The translations under genes and the position numbers were made by a program. The notes beneath the pieces were generated by a model, which saw only the letters and a list, made by a program, of their open reading frames with translations, was not told the DNA's origin and ran no database searches. Below, piece by piece: positions 17,494-28,002 of a stretch of DNA of 64,000 nt; position 1 is the first letter of the stretch, and the number at the start of each line of letters is the position of its first letter. The DNA lies in contig JACPEJ010000001.1 in NCBI GenBank assembly GCA_016183565.1, positions 614,479 to 678,478 of the forward strand, written 5' to 3'. Source of the DNA: Candidatus Blackburnbacteria bacterium (lineage in GTDB: Bacteria > Patescibacteriota > Microgenomatia > UBA8517 > UBA10165).

Positions 17494-18057
17494 TTGGTAG
17501 GACAAAAATATACAAAACAAAGGAAGCCGTTCTGGAGAATTAACCAGGCTATTCATGCTCGGGAGTTGAGAGTGATTGGACCGGAGGGTAAACAGCTTGG
17601 TATTTTTACGAGCGAGGAGGCTTTGAGTAAAGCAGAAGAACTCGGATTGGATTTGGTGGAGATTGCCCCACAAGCTACACCTCCTGTTGTTAAGATTATA
17701 GATTTTGCAAAGTTCAGGTACCAAGAAGAAAAGAGGGAAAAAGAAGCACGTAAAAAAGAAAAGCGTGGATCAGAGCAAAAAGAAGTCTGGTTTACTCCTT
17801 TTATGGGAGAAAATGACTATGAAGTACGGCTTTTAAAGGTAAAAGATTTTCTGACAGAAGGACACAAAGTAAGAATTGTGGTTAAATTTACGGGTAGTCA
17901 AATGGCCCATCGGGAATTCGGGTATCAAATGACGACTAGGGTGACAAATGATACAAAAGAGATGGCTGGTATTGATCAGATACCAAAGTTTTTAGGGAAG
18001 CAACTTATTATGACGTTGACGCCAGTAAAGAAGAAGATTGTCAATGAAAAAAACTAA
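17494..18057 (+). CDS. infC: Translation initiation factor IF-3
   Basis: RINQAI.ARELRVI, LDLVEIAP..PPVVKIIDF; TTG start; thrS-infC-rpmI-rplT order. Confidence 0.95.
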   Translation: MVGQKYTKQRKPFWRINQAIHARELRVIGPEGKQLGIFTSEEALSKAEELGLDLVEIAPQATPPVVKIIDFAKFRYQEEKREKEARKKEKRGSEQKEVWFTPFMGENDYEVRLLKVKDFLTEGHKVRIVVKFTGSQMAHREFGYQMTTRVTNDTKEMAGIDQIPKFLGKQLIMTLTPVKKKIVNEKN

Positions 18058-18247
18058 ATTTAAGCCAAAGAAAGCACTAGTCCGAAGGTTTAAGGTGACA
18101 GGCCGAGGTAAGCTGGTGCGTGATAAAAGTTTTGGTAACCATCTTAGGGCTGGTAAAAGAAAGAGCAGGATCAGAAGATTAAATCAGTCAGCTACTGTAA
18201 CAGGTAAATTCGAGAGGAAGGTAAAACAGATTTTAGGAATAGCGTAA
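18044..18247 (+). CDS. rpmI: 50S ribosomal protein L35
   Basis: RRFKVTGRGK...H motif; synteny. Confidence 0.93.
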   Translation: MKKTKFKPKKALVRRFKVTGRGKLVRDKSFGNHLRAGKRKSRIRRLNQSATVTGKFERKVKQILGIA

Positions 18248-18275
18248 AGGGTAAAGCTCAAAGGGAAAAAGTAAT

Positions 18276-18626
18276 ATGGCACGGGCAAAAACTGGAACAA
18301 CTAGACACCAAAGACACAAAAAGATTTTAAAGGCTGCGAAAGGTTTTAGGCAGTCTAGACGAACGCATCACAAAGCTGCAAAGGAAGCGGTTCTTCATGC
18401 GGGTCAGTATGCTTATGCCGGGAGAAAACTTCGAAAAAGAGCGTTTCGTTCTCTCTGGATACAAAGATTAAATATTGCCGCGAGAGAGCATGACCTTTCA
18501 TATAGTAATTTCATTGCTGGTCTCAAGAAAGTTAATATTAGTCTGGACCGCAAAATTCTTGCCGACATTGCTGTCCGCGACCATCGGGTCTTTGAACAAA
18601 TCATAGAGAAAGTGAAGTCTACTTAG
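18276..18626 (+). CDS. rplT: 50S ribosomal protein L20
   Basis: [20 protein letters not shown] and LDRKILAD motifs. Confidence 0.97.
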   Translation: MARAKTGTTRHQRHKKILKAAKGFRQSRRTHHKAAKEAVLHAGQYAYAGRKLRKRAFRSLWIQRLNIAAREHDLSYSNFIAGLKKVNISLDRKILADIAVRDHRVFEQIIEKVKST

Positions 18627-18722
18627 AGATTATCCTTCAATTGAAATCTTCGTTTATTGCGTCAATTCAAATTCATCATTAAAATAAGAAGGTAGATAAA
18701 AGTAGATGAAGGCGAACTGCAT

Positions 18723-19751
18723 ATGGAAGAGCAAATACAAAACCTAAAAAACCAGGCATTAGCACAGATAATATCATCCGAAACTCCGGAAGATTTGGAG
18801 AGTTTGCGTGTTACATATCTTGGGAGAAATGGACACATAAATAAAATTGTTGAAAAAATACCTACCTTAGAACTTCAACAGCGAGCTGCGATTGGGAGAA
18901 TGGTAAACGATGTAAGGGTTGCTGTAGAAGAGGCTTTGCGTTCGCAATACATTGATTTGACTACTCAGCAAAAAACAGAATGGTTTGATCCAACTGTTCC
19001 TGGTATTATCCCTAAGATAGGTCACTTACATCTTATTACACAGGCAATTGAGGAAATTTCAGAAATTTTTCAAAGAATAGGTTTTGTACGGGTTCGCTAT
19101 CCAGAGGTTGAGTGGGATTGGTTTGCGTTTGAAGCTTTAAATATGCCGAAAAATCATCCTGCTCGTGATGAATGGGAAACGTTTTTTGTTGATACTCCTT
19201 CTCACCTTAGGTATGGTCAAATGGTTTTAACCCCTCATACATCTTCAGGCCAACCACGAGAGATGCAAAGAGTTAAGGTGCCACCTATAAGGATGATAAA
19301 CATTGCGAAGACTTATAGACGACAGTTTGACCAAACACATGCACCGATGTTTCATCAGTTTGAAGGGCTAGTGATTGACAAAGGAATAAATATTACTCAC
19401 CTCAAAGGAACAATTGATCACTTTGCTCGTCAGTTTTATGGTCCGGGTGCAGTATCAAGAATTCGTCCGTTTCATTTTCGCTTCACTGAACCATCTTTTG
19501 AAGTTGATTTTAGTTGTGTACATTGTATGGGTAAAGGGTGTAAGTTTTGCAAAAGTGGTTGGCACGAGGTAGGAGGCGCCGGAATGGTTCATCCTAATGT
19601 ACTTAGAGCAGGAGGAATAGATCCTAAAAAATATACTGGTTTTGCATTTGGGTGGGGAGTGGAAAGAACCCTGCTGTTGAAACCTGGGGTAAATATCAAT
19701 GACATCAGAACGTTATATGGTACTGATTTGAGATATTTGAAACAGTTTTAA
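18723..19751 (+). CDS. pheS: Phenylalanine--tRNA ligase alpha subunit
   Basis: HPARD, HTSS, FHQFEGL, FTEPS and GFAFGWGVER motifs. Confidence 0.97.
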   Translation: MEEQIQNLKNQALAQIISSETPEDLESLRVTYLGRNGHINKIVEKIPTLELQQRAAIGRMVNDVRVAVEEALRSQYIDLTTQQKTEWFDPTVPGIIPKIGHLHLITQAIEEISEIFQRIGFVRVRYPEVEWDWFAFEALNMPKNHPARDEWETFFVDTPSHLRYGQMVLTPHTSSGQPREMQRVKVPPIRMINIAKTYRRQFDQTHAPMFHQFEGLVIDKGINITHLKGTIDHFARQFYGPGAVSRIRPFHFRFTEPSFEVDFSCVHCMGKGCKFCKSGWHEVGGAGMVHPNVLRAGGIDPKKYTGFAFGWGVERTLLLKPGVNINDIRTLYGTDLRYLKQF

Positions 19752-21719
19752 ATGGATATTTTAATTCCTGACAATTGGTTGAGAGATTTCTTAAAGACTA
19801 AGGCAACACCTGAGAAGATTGCCAAGTGCCTCTCGTTGGCCGGACCTTCTGTGGAGAAAATTGAAAAATCCGAAAGCATCCTAGTTTATTTGATTGAAGT
19901 GACTACAAATCGCATTGATAGTGCTAGTGTCTATGGCATTGCTCGGGAAGCAGCAGCAATACTTCCTCGTTTTAAGATTCCGGCAGCTCTTCAACCAGTT
20001 AAAGTCGCTAGTAGTCAAAAGTTGGCAGGAACCGTCGATTATTTGAGCGTTAAGGTGGACCCTGTTCTTTGTAAAAGATTTACTGCGATTTTAATACATG
20101 ACGTTAAAGTTGGTCCTTCTCCGAAACATATCCAAGAAAGATTAAGTGCTGTTGGTATAAGACCGATTAATAATATTGTTGATATTTCCAATTATCTTAT
20201 GCAGGAACTTGGGCAACCAACTCACACTTTTGATTATGACAAGATCAAAGGAGCAAGGATGGTGCTTCGAGCCTCTAAACCTGGAGAAAAAATAACAACT
20301 TTGGACGGGAAAACTCATGAGTTATCTGGGGATGATATTGTAATAGAAGATGGCGGAGGAAGACTGGTTGATCTTGCTGGGATAATGGGCGGGGGGAATT
20401 CAGCTATCGATCCTCACACTCGCAATGTTCTTTTGTTTGTACAGCATTATAACCCTATTAATATAAGACGAACTTCGATGCGTCTTTCTCACAGAACACA
20501 AGCTGCGGCGCTTTTTGAAAAGGGACTTGATCCAGAAAACATTGAGCTAACTGTCCGCCGAGGCATTGACCTTTTTGTGGAGTTAGCCGGAGGCAAACCT
20601 GCAAAGACGATTTTTGATATTTATCCGAAGGCGTACAAACCAAAAGTCATTTCAACAAGGGTTGGTTTTATTGAAGAGAGATTGGGTACCAAAATTCTTA
20701 AAAAAGATATAACAAGGTATCTTCTTGCCTTAGGGTTTGGTGTTCGTACAATGGGCAACGCTATTACGGTTTCAGTGCCATCGTTTCGAGCCGAGGATAT
20801 AAATTTACCCGAAGACATAGTTGAAGAAGTTGCTAGAATTTATGGTTATCATAATTTACCGAGTGCACTTATGATGGGTGCGTTGCCTGAGAAATTGCAT
20901 AATTCTCCTTTTGATTTTGAAAAAAGAATAAAAGATCTAGAGAAGACACTGGGGGCAATAGAAGTTTACACTTCATCTTTGGTTTCCAAAGAACTTGTGA
21001 GCCTGCAAGACGTTTCACCGCGTGCATTAAAGCTTAAAAATCCACTTGGTAAAGAGTCCGAATATTTAAGATCGTCTCTTGCTCCTTCTTTAGTTCAAGT
21101 TGCAAAGAGGGTTGGTGAAAAAGAACCATTCCATATTTTTGAAATTGCTAATGTTTACCTTTCACCAGGAAAACAGAGTTTGCCAGATGAGAAGATGACT
21201 TTGGGAGGAGTTTTTTTCAATTACAGTTGGCGGGAAGCTCGTGGAATCGTAGAAACAATTTTGCGAAATTTTTCTATACAGGCAGAATTTGAACCTGAGA
21301 ATTCAATGGGGTTTTTACTGAATCATAGGCTTACTATAAATGTAGGCAAAGATAATATCGGCGAGTTTGGGACTCTTGAAGGCAGGGGCTTGGTTTACTA
21401 TGAATTTGATGTTGAATCTTTGAGAACTTTTGCTAAGTTAATCCCCGGTTATCAACCGGAACCAAAATATCCGCCACAAATTGAGGACATAACTTTGTTG
21501 CTGCCATCAAAAATCTATATCGGGCCTGTGATAGAAAATATCAGGAAAACAAACAATATTGCATCGGTTGAATTAGTTGATAATTATCAAAATACCGTAA
21601 CTTTAAGGGTTACTTACCAAGACTCTAATAAGACAATGACTGATAAGGAAGTACAAACTATACGAGAAAAAATACTTCAAGTTTTAGATAAAAAGTTTGG
21701 AATTAATATAAAGGATTAA
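19752..21719 (+). CDS. pheT: Phenylalanine--tRNA ligase beta subunit, short form
   Basis: TTNRID, INNIVDISNY, GQPTHTFD and EEVARIYGY motifs; lacks the B2 OB domain. Confidence 0.93.
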   Translation: MDILIPDNWLRDFLKTKATPEKIAKCLSLAGPSVEKIEKSESILVYLIEVTTNRIDSASVYGIAREAAAILPRFKIPAALQPVKVASSQKLAGTVDYLSVKVDPVLCKRFTAILIHDVKVGPSPKHIQERLSAVGIRPINNIVDISNYLMQELGQPTHTFDYDKIKGARMVLRASKPGEKITTLDGKTHELSGDDIVIEDGGGRLVDLAGIMGGGNSAIDPHTRNVLLFVQHYNPINIRRTSMRLSHRTQAAALFEKGLDPENIELTVRRGIDLFVELAGGKPAKTIFDIYPKAYKPKVISTRVGFIEERLGTKILKKDITRYLLALGFGVRTMGNAITVSVPSFRAEDINLPEDIVEEVARIYGYHNLPSALMMGALPEKLHNSPFDFEKRIKDLEKTLGAIEVYTSSLVSKELVSLQDVSPRALKLKNPLGKESEYLRSSLAPSLVQVAKRVGEKEPFHIFEIANVYLSPGKQSLPDEKMTLGGVFFNYSWREARGIVETILRNFSIQAEFEPENSMGFLLNHRLTINVGKDNIGEFGTLEGRGLVYYEFDVESLRTFAKLIPGYQPEPKYPPQIEDITLLLPSKIYIGPVIENIRKTNNIASVELVDNYQNTVTLRVTYQDSNKTMTDKEVQTIREKILQVLDKKFGINIKD

Positions 21720-24296
21720 TCAGGGTGTAGGAGTAGGGGTGGGGGTAGTTGAATAGTTCCAGGGCACACTTACTCCGATTGTAATTTTTCGATCAGATTG
21801 ATTTCCTTTCTCGTCTCTTGCTCGCGCTACTAAATTGTAGACTCCAGTTTTAACATTCCTAAATTCCTGTTTCCAGGGTTTCGAGGTTAACAAATATCTT
21901 TGTCCGTCAAATTCTAATTCTACTTGAGTTACGTTAGATGTGGACTTTGCGTCAACCCGTACTTCAAAGTTATTTGAATTTACTTGCTCATGATCTTTTG
22001 GTGTAACAAATTCTACATTAACCGGATTGGCAGAACCACAGTATTCGCTTGGTGATCTGTATAGCTCATCGGTTTGTGTATTCATCCAATCCAAAATTCC
22101 CTTTTGCCAACGGTTTTCCTCGCTAGACTTTGCAAAGGGATCTTCTTCTTTGAAAACGAAGTATTCTTTTTCTTCGTAGTCTCCTGCTGCGACTTGAGAA
22201 GGAGTTGCTAATTTTCCTTCGCCTTTGCATAATTTTAATCTTGTATGCACAGGGTCTTCGCCGGTTGGTTCTGTTCCTTTTATAAAGTACTCCATACGAG
22301 AAGGATATCCATCATGTGATTTATATCCTGAAATTTTGTCTACCTCTCCTGTAATAACGTTTTCCGGCATTGTAAAGTTTGTATTTGGCTTACCAGAAAG
22401 TGCTTCAGTTGTAATTCTTCGCCAAATAGGGGAAGCTCCTGTAATACCTGATGCAACTTTTTTCATTTGGCTGTTGTCGTTATTACCAACCCAAACACCA
22501 ACAACAACTTGCGGTGTCCATCCCATTGTCCAGTTATCCCGCTGGTCATTTGTAGTTCCAGTTTTTACAGCAACAGTATGTCCAGGAATAACCAGGGCAG
22601 ATCGGGTTCCAAATACGTCTGCACGGGCTTCGTTGTCTGACAAAATATTAGATATAATAAAAGCTTCTCCTTCCCCAAGAACTCTTCGTCCCTTTTCTTC
22701 TTTGTACTCTTCAAGTACCTTTCCTTTTTGATCCTCTACCTTAAGAATCGAAACAGGTTCAAATCTTAAACCCCCGTTTGCGAACGCTCCGTAAGCAGAA
22801 GTCATGTCAAGTAAACGAATTTCTCCACCTCCTAGGGTTACTGACAATCCAAAACGATTCATGTTCTCTTTTGTTGGCTCCAGAGTTTTAAATCCTAGAT
22901 CATAGGCAGTTGATAACATATCTTTGACTCCCACTAGAGCTAACATTTTAACAGCAGGAATATTTAGAGAATTCCCCAATGCGAAACGCACTTGAACTGG
23001 GCCTCTGTGTTTGTCGTCGTAGTTGACCGGCTCATAATCTGGTTGGCCTTCGCCCCCAGGAAATGTTGTGGGAGCATCCATAAGGAGTGTTGCGGCGGTA
23101 TATCCCTTTTTTAGGGCAGTAGCATACGTAACAGGTTTAATGGCGGAACCAGGTTGACGCAGAGAAAGTGTGACATTTACCTGTCCGTCGTAATCTTCTG
23201 CTGTAAAATCCTTGGAGCCAACCATTGCTAGTATTTCACCTGTTTGAGGATTAACTACAACAGAGGCGCCGTTTGTGATGTGGAGTGATTCAACTTTGGC
23301 TATCTCCTCAGCTATAATTTGTTGTGCTTTTTCTTGGAGTGTCCAGTCTAAAGTTGTGATTATTTTTAACCCTCCTTGTTCAACAGTTGCTTGGCCATAT
23401 CTCTCCTCAAGAAGGCCTTGTACATAGGTAACAAAATGTGGGGCTTTTAGGGAGGCTCCTCGCCCAACAAATTTAACATTATTGAGTTCTCTTTTGGCTT
23501 CCTCTTCTTGTTCTTTGGTTATATATCCATCCTCTCTCATTCGGCGCAAAACATGTTCCGATCTGCCCACGTAGGCTTGTTGATCTGTACCGTAGGGAGA
23601 ATATTTACTAGGCCTTTGTGGCAAACCTGCAAGGATTGCAGCTTCTACAAGAGTTAAATCTTTAACGTTTTTCCCAAAATAAACTTCGGAGGCTGCTTGA
23701 ACACCCCAAGCTGTACCTCCATAGGGCGCTTCGTTCAAATACATATTCAAAATCTCATCTTTTTTGTATTTGCGCTCTATTTGAATAGATAGAATAAATT
23801 CTTTGATTTTCCGAGGTAGTGTGCGTTCTGAGGTAAGAAGTACATTTTTGACTAGTTGTTGTGTTAGAGTTGATCCTCCTTGAAGTTTTCTGTAGATAAT
23901 GATATTCCAGATAGCACGAACCATTCCCGTGGGGTCGAATCCTCCATGCTTGTAGAAATTTTTGTCTTCAACTGCAATTGTTGCTTGTTTTAGATACTGC
24001 GGTACGTCTTCAAGTTTTACAGGTGTCCTACGCTGAGTTAAGTAAAGATCATAAAGCAGGACTTCGTTTCGGTCATATATTTTTGTTGAGAAACCTTCCC
24101 GTCGAACAACTTTGTCGGGTGAGGGGAGACCGAAAGCAAAAAGGGGGAAGATTATAAGTGAAAATACAAAAAGGCCAATTACGCCTACAAAAAAGAGAAC
24201 GGCGATTCTATGTAGAAGATGAGCTCTTCCGCGTACTGGTCGTCTACTGTGAGCGAAATCGTGTCTTCTGTGTTTGAGGGAAGATCTCCAGGCCAT
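21720..24296 (-). CDS. Class A penicillin-binding protein (PBP1A family) with C-terminal Ig-like domain
   Basis: EDKNFY.H.G, GGSTLTQQL, RKIKE, SAIK, SLN and KTG motifs. Confidence 0.93.
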   Translation of the reverse strand: MAWRSSLKHRRHDFAHSRRPVRGRAHLLHRIAVLFFVGVIGLFVFSLIIFPLFAFGLPSPDKVVRREGFSTKIYDRNEVLLYDLYLTQRRTPVKLEDVPQYLKQATIAVEDKNFYKHGGFDPTGMVRAIWNIIIYRKLQGGSTLTQQLVKNVLLTSERTLPRKIKEFILSIQIERKYKKDEILNMYLNEAPYGGTAWGVQAASEVYFGKNVKDLTLVEAAILAGLPQRPSKYSPYGTDQQAYVGRSEHVLRRMREDGYITKEQEEEAKRELNNVKFVGRGASLKAPHFVTYVQGLLEERYGQATVEQGGLKIITTLDWTLQEKAQQIIAEEIAKVESLHITNGASVVVNPQTGEILAMVGSKDFTAEDYDGQVNVTLSLRQPGSAIKPVTYATALKKGYTAATLLMDAPTTFPGGEGQPDYEPVNYDDKHRGPVQVRFALGNSLNIPAVKMLALVGVKDMLSTAYDLGFKTLEPTKENMNRFGLSVTLGGGEIRLLDMTSAYGAFANGGLRFEPVSILKVEDQKGKVLEEYKEEKGRRVLGEGEAFIISNILSDNEARADVFGTRSALVIPGHTVAVKTGTTNDQRDNWTMGWTPQVVVGVWVGNNDNSQMKKVASGITGASPIWRRITTEALSGKPNTNFTMPENVITGEVDKISGYKSHDGYPSRMEYFIKGTEPTGEDPVHTRLKLCKGEGKLATPSQVAAGDYEEKEYFVFKEEDPFAKSSEENRWQKGILDWMNTQTDELYRSPSEYCGSANPVNVEFVTPKDHEQVNSNNFEVRVDAKSTSNVTQVELEFDGQRYLLTSKPWKQEFRNVKTGVYNLVARARDEKGNQSDRKITIGVSVPWNYSTTPTPTPTP

Positions 24297-24405
24297 CTAA
24301 GGAAAAAGTATATCAAAGATACAGATAAAGATATAGAGTAGGAAGTATGAAGAAGATATGGGTGCAAACCGGAGTCAAATAGTTATATAATTAGATCAAC
24401 AGACT

Positions 24406-25590
24406 ATGGATATCAACAACTTGCTTTCTCGAAACATAGCAGAAATTCTACCAACTAAGGAAGAGTTTCGAAAAAGACTTGATGCTGGCCCCATCAAAAT
24501 TTATTTAGGGATTGATCCTTCGGCAAATCAAATACACATTGGCAATGCAGTTGTTTTGTGGAAACTACGAGATTTTCAAGATGCGGGCCACAAGGTAATT
24601 CTTTTGATCGGAGACTTCACTGGAATGATTGGAGACCCTACGGACAAATCTGCTACTCGAAAAAAGTTAACCCGAGAAGATGTATTGGAAAATGCAAAAA
24701 CATACAAGGAGCAGGTTTCAAAAATTTTAAGTTTTGAGGGAGAAAATCCAGCAGAGTTTACTTTTAACAGTGAATGGTTGGCGAAGTTAAGTTTTTCAGA
24801 TGTTGTTGAGTTGGCTTCATTTGTTACAGTTCAACAGATGTTGGAACGGGACTTTTTCCAGGTGAGAATTAAAGAAAATAAACCGATTCATTTGCATGAA
24901 TTTTTATATCCATTGATGCAAGGTTATGATTCAGTCGCAATGGGTGTTGATGCAGAAATCGGTGGTACTGACCAGACATTTAATATGTTGGTTGGAAGGA
25001 CTTTAATTAAAGCGATTAAGAACAAAGATAAGTTTGTGGTTACAGTTCCACTTCTTGAGGGGTTGGATGGAAGAAAAATGAGTAAGTCTTTTGGGAACTA
25101 CATTGGTCTAACAGATACACCTGAAGATATGTTTGGTAAAGTAATGAGTCTGTGTGATGATCTTCTTTCTAAATATTTTGAGTTGGCAACAAGATTGACT
25201 GACGAGGAAGTACAGAAGACAAAGGACGCGCTTCAATCAAATGAATTGCATCCAATGGAGGCTAAGAAGCGATTGGCTTGGGAGATTGTTGCTCTTTATC
25301 ATAGTAAAGAAGAAGCAGATGGGGCACAAAAGGAATTTGAGGAAGTTTTCCAAAAAGGTGGGGTTCCGGAAGATGTAAGAGCATACAATGCAAAGGATAA
25401 AATGATTGATCTTGTAGAAGTTCTTGTCGAGACACAACTGGTAACCAGCAAATCTGAGGCACGTCGACTTGTTGAACAAGGTGGTCTGGAGTGGAATGGA
25501 GAAAAAGTAACCAGTCCTCAGATTGCAGTAGAAACAGACGGAATGCTCAGAGTAGGCAAACACCGTTTTCTTAAAATTGAAGCAACATAG
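24406..25590 (+). CDS. tyrS: Tyrosine--tRNA ligase
   Basis: HIGN, YPLMQGYD, GGTDQ and KMSKS motifs; S4 domain. Confidence 0.97.
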   Translation: MDINNLLSRNIAEILPTKEEFRKRLDAGPIKIYLGIDPSANQIHIGNAVVLWKLRDFQDAGHKVILLIGDFTGMIGDPTDKSATRKKLTREDVLENAKTYKEQVSKILSFEGENPAEFTFNSEWLAKLSFSDVVELASFVTVQQMLERDFFQVRIKENKPIHLHEFLYPLMQGYDSVAMGVDAEIGGTDQTFNMLVGRTLIKAIKNKDKFVVTVPLLEGLDGRKMSKSFGNYIGLTDTPEDMFGKVMSLCDDLLSKYFELATRLTDEEVQKTKDALQSNELHPMEAKKRLAWEIVALYHSKEEADGAQKEFEEVFQKGGVPEDVRAYNAKDKMIDLVEVLVETQLVTSKSEARRLVEQGGLEWNGEKVTSPQIAVETDGMLRVGKHRFLKIEAT

Positions 25591-25600
25591 TAACCTTAGA

Positions 25601-25637
25601 CCCGATGTGCAAAGCTATTCCACTCCCGATGTGGAAT
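25601..25637 (+). repeat. REP family A copy
   Basis: cccgatgtgcaaagctattccactcccgatgtggaat, essentially identical to the copy at the RAYT 3' end. Confidence 0.9.
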
Positions 25638-25798
25638 GGAAAGTAACTGATGAATTTGACACGAAAGCAAAAATTAATTCTTAAGATTCTTGCCCTTATT
25701 GCAGGGCTGGCATTGGTTCTCAGCTCTCTTCTTTATCCTCTTTTGTATATTCGTTAATTATACCTTGGATCACACCTAGATGTTATACTTTCCTTGCC

Positions 25799-27865
25799 AT
25801 GAAGCTTGCTGATCCGGTGGATACTATCCCTTTTGTTGGGCCAGGTTATGCATGGAGATTGAAAAAGCTTGGTGTAAATACTGTTAAGGATCTTTTGTAT
25901 CATATTCCAAATCGCTATCAAGATTTCTCTTTGCTTTCAAATATAAGTACGCTTCAGCCCGGAGAGGAAGTTACAATCCAGGGACAAATACTTTCAATTG
26001 AGAACATTTATACAAGGAAAAGAATAGTTATACAGCGGGCGCAAGTTTCGGATGGAGAAGGAGTTATTGAAGCAACATGGTTTAACCAACCTTTTTTGGT
26101 TAAAAATTTACCTCCTGGGACAATGGTTTCTTTGTCGGGGAAGGTTAAGGCTTCTGGTTCTCGTAGATCTCTTGTTTCGCCGGAGTATGAGAAACTACGA
26201 ACTACTAACTACGCCTTTCCGAAGGAAACATCTTTACTACGAACTGGTGACACTGTTCATACGGGTCGTTTGGTACCTATCTATCCTGAGACTGAGGGTC
26301 TTTCATCAAAGTGGTTGCGCTCAAAAATATCACATACTCTGCCTAGGGTCATTGAGGAAATATCTGAATATCTTCCGGAGGAACTTTTGGCAAGGTTTAA
26401 ACTAATTAGTCTTCAGGATGCTATTAAGAAAGTCCATTACCCAAAGAGTTTAGAAGAAGCTTTGGAGGGAAGGAGAAGATTGGCATTTGACGAGCTTTTG
26501 GAATACCAGTTAAAAAGTTTGATTCGTAAAAACGAATGGAAAGAAAAAAAGCTTTCGCATAAACTTTTGGTAAATCAAGAAAAAATGCTCCAGTTTATAA
26601 ACAGTTTGCCTTTTAATTTAACAGATTCACAGAGAAGATCTGGCCGAGAAATTTTAAGGGATTTAAAAAAGAGCCAACCTATGAACAGGTTATTGGAAGG
26701 AGATGTGGGTTCTGGAAAAACTGTTGTTGCAGCACTTGCTTGTTACATGGCGGTTCAAAACGGATTTCAGGCAACGTTTATGGCTCCAACACAGATTCTT
26801 GCTTCGCAGCATTACGTCACGTTGAATAGTATACTTGGACCTCTTGGTGTGAGTGTAGGGTTGGTTACTGGAGGGAGGCGAAAAGCGAAAAGCGAAAAGC
26901 GAAAAAAAATTGACGTGTTAGTCGGAACTCATGCTCTCGTCCAGAAAAGTGTCACGTTTGAAAACCTCGGATTAGTCGTAATTGACGAGCAACACAGATT
27001 TGGGGTAGCCCAACGAGCCATCCTCACACAAAAGGGCAGTGGTGGATTTTCTCCTCATGTTCTTACAATGACCGCAACCCCAATTCCCAGAACTGTTGCT
27101 TTAACTATTTATGGCGACCTTGATCTTTCAACTCTTGATGAGCTGCCAAAAGGCAGATTAAACATAAAAACGTGGGTTGTTCCACCTCAAAAAAGAGAAG
27201 GTGCTTACGATTGGATCAGAAAGCACGTTAAAGACACTGATGAACAGGCTTTTATAGTTTGTCCACTTATTGAAGAGTCAGAAAAGGAAACCATGAAGGC
27301 AGTTAGGGCAGCAACTGCTGAGTTTGAAATGTTATCTAGGAAAGTTTTTCCGGACCTGCGTTTGGGTCTCCTTCACGGCAAGGTGGGACTTTCGGAAAAG
27401 GATGAGATTATGAGAAAGATGCAAGGGGGAGAGATAGATATTCTTGTTGCAACACCGGTTGTGGAGGTTGGAATTGATATTTCAAATGCGACTATTATGA
27501 TGATTGAGGCAGCAGAAAGGTTTGGTCTTGCACAACTTCATCAATTGCGAGGGAGGGTGGGTCGTGGTGCAAAACAATCTTATTGCCTTCTTTTTTCCGG
27601 ATCATCTTCACCTCAAGTTGTGATGCGTCTTAAGTCACTTGAAAAAACTATGTCAGGACGAGAACTGGCGGAGATTGACTTGAAGATGCGGGGGATGGGG
27701 GAACTTTATGGGACTTTACAGCATGGTTTTCCGGAGTTGAAAATTGCATCTTTTATGGATACTGAACTTATAAAGGCTACTCGTTTCGCTGCCGAGTGGC
27801 TCGTTGAACAGAAGGCAGACCTTTCAAGATTCCTTTCAGGCTCTGAGATCGTGGTGCCCAATTAG
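25799..27865 (+). CDS. recG: ATP-dependent DNA helicase RecG
   Basis: GDVGSGKT, DEQHRFG, TATPIPRT and QLHQLRGRVGR motifs. Confidence 0.97.
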   Translation: MKLADPVDTIPFVGPGYAWRLKKLGVNTVKDLLYHIPNRYQDFSLLSNISTLQPGEEVTIQGQILSIENIYTRKRIVIQRAQVSDGEGVIEATWFNQPFLVKNLPPGTMVSLSGKVKASGSRRSLVSPEYEKLRTTNYAFPKETSLLRTGDTVHTGRLVPIYPETEGLSSKWLRSKISHTLPRVIEEISEYLPEELLARFKLISLQDAIKKVHYPKSLEEALEGRRRLAFDELLEYQLKSLIRKNEWKEKKLSHKLLVNQEKMLQFINSLPFNLTDSQRRSGREILRDLKKSQPMNRLLEGDVGSGKTVVAALACYMAVQNGFQATFMAPTQILASQHYVTLNSILGPLGVSVGLVTGGRRKAKSEKRKKIDVLVGTHALVQKSVTFENLGLVVIDEQHRFGVAQRAILTQKGSGGFSPHVLTMTATPIPRTVALTIYGDLDLSTLDELPKGRLNIKTWVVPPQKREGAYDWIRKHVKDTDEQAFIVCPLIEESEKETMKAVRAATAEFEMLSRKVFPDLRLGLLHGKVGLSEKDEIMRKMQGGEIDILVATPVVEVGIDISNATIMMIEAAERFGLAQLHQLRGRVGRGAKQSYCLLFSGSSSPQVVMRLKSLEKTMSGRELAEIDLKMRGMGELYGTLQHGFPELKIASFMDTELIKATRFAAEWLVEQKADLSRFLSGSEIVVPN

Positions 27866-27873
27866 TGGAATTA

Positions 27874-27948
27874 CTGAGGTACAAACCTAACTTCGCAGAA
27901 GTCAATGTTCTGGCGAAGCCAGGTTCTTATTCCACCTCCCGAGTGGAA
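27874..27948 (+). repeat. Degenerate REP family A copy with a nested hairpin
   Basis: ctgaggtacaaa[cctaacttcgcagaa...ttctggcgaagccagg]ttcttattccacctcccgagtggaa. Confidence 0.7.
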
Positions 27949-28002
27949 ACATATATCTTCTCAAATTTGACTTCTGTGTTTTTACTATATAGAATACTGC
28001 AA

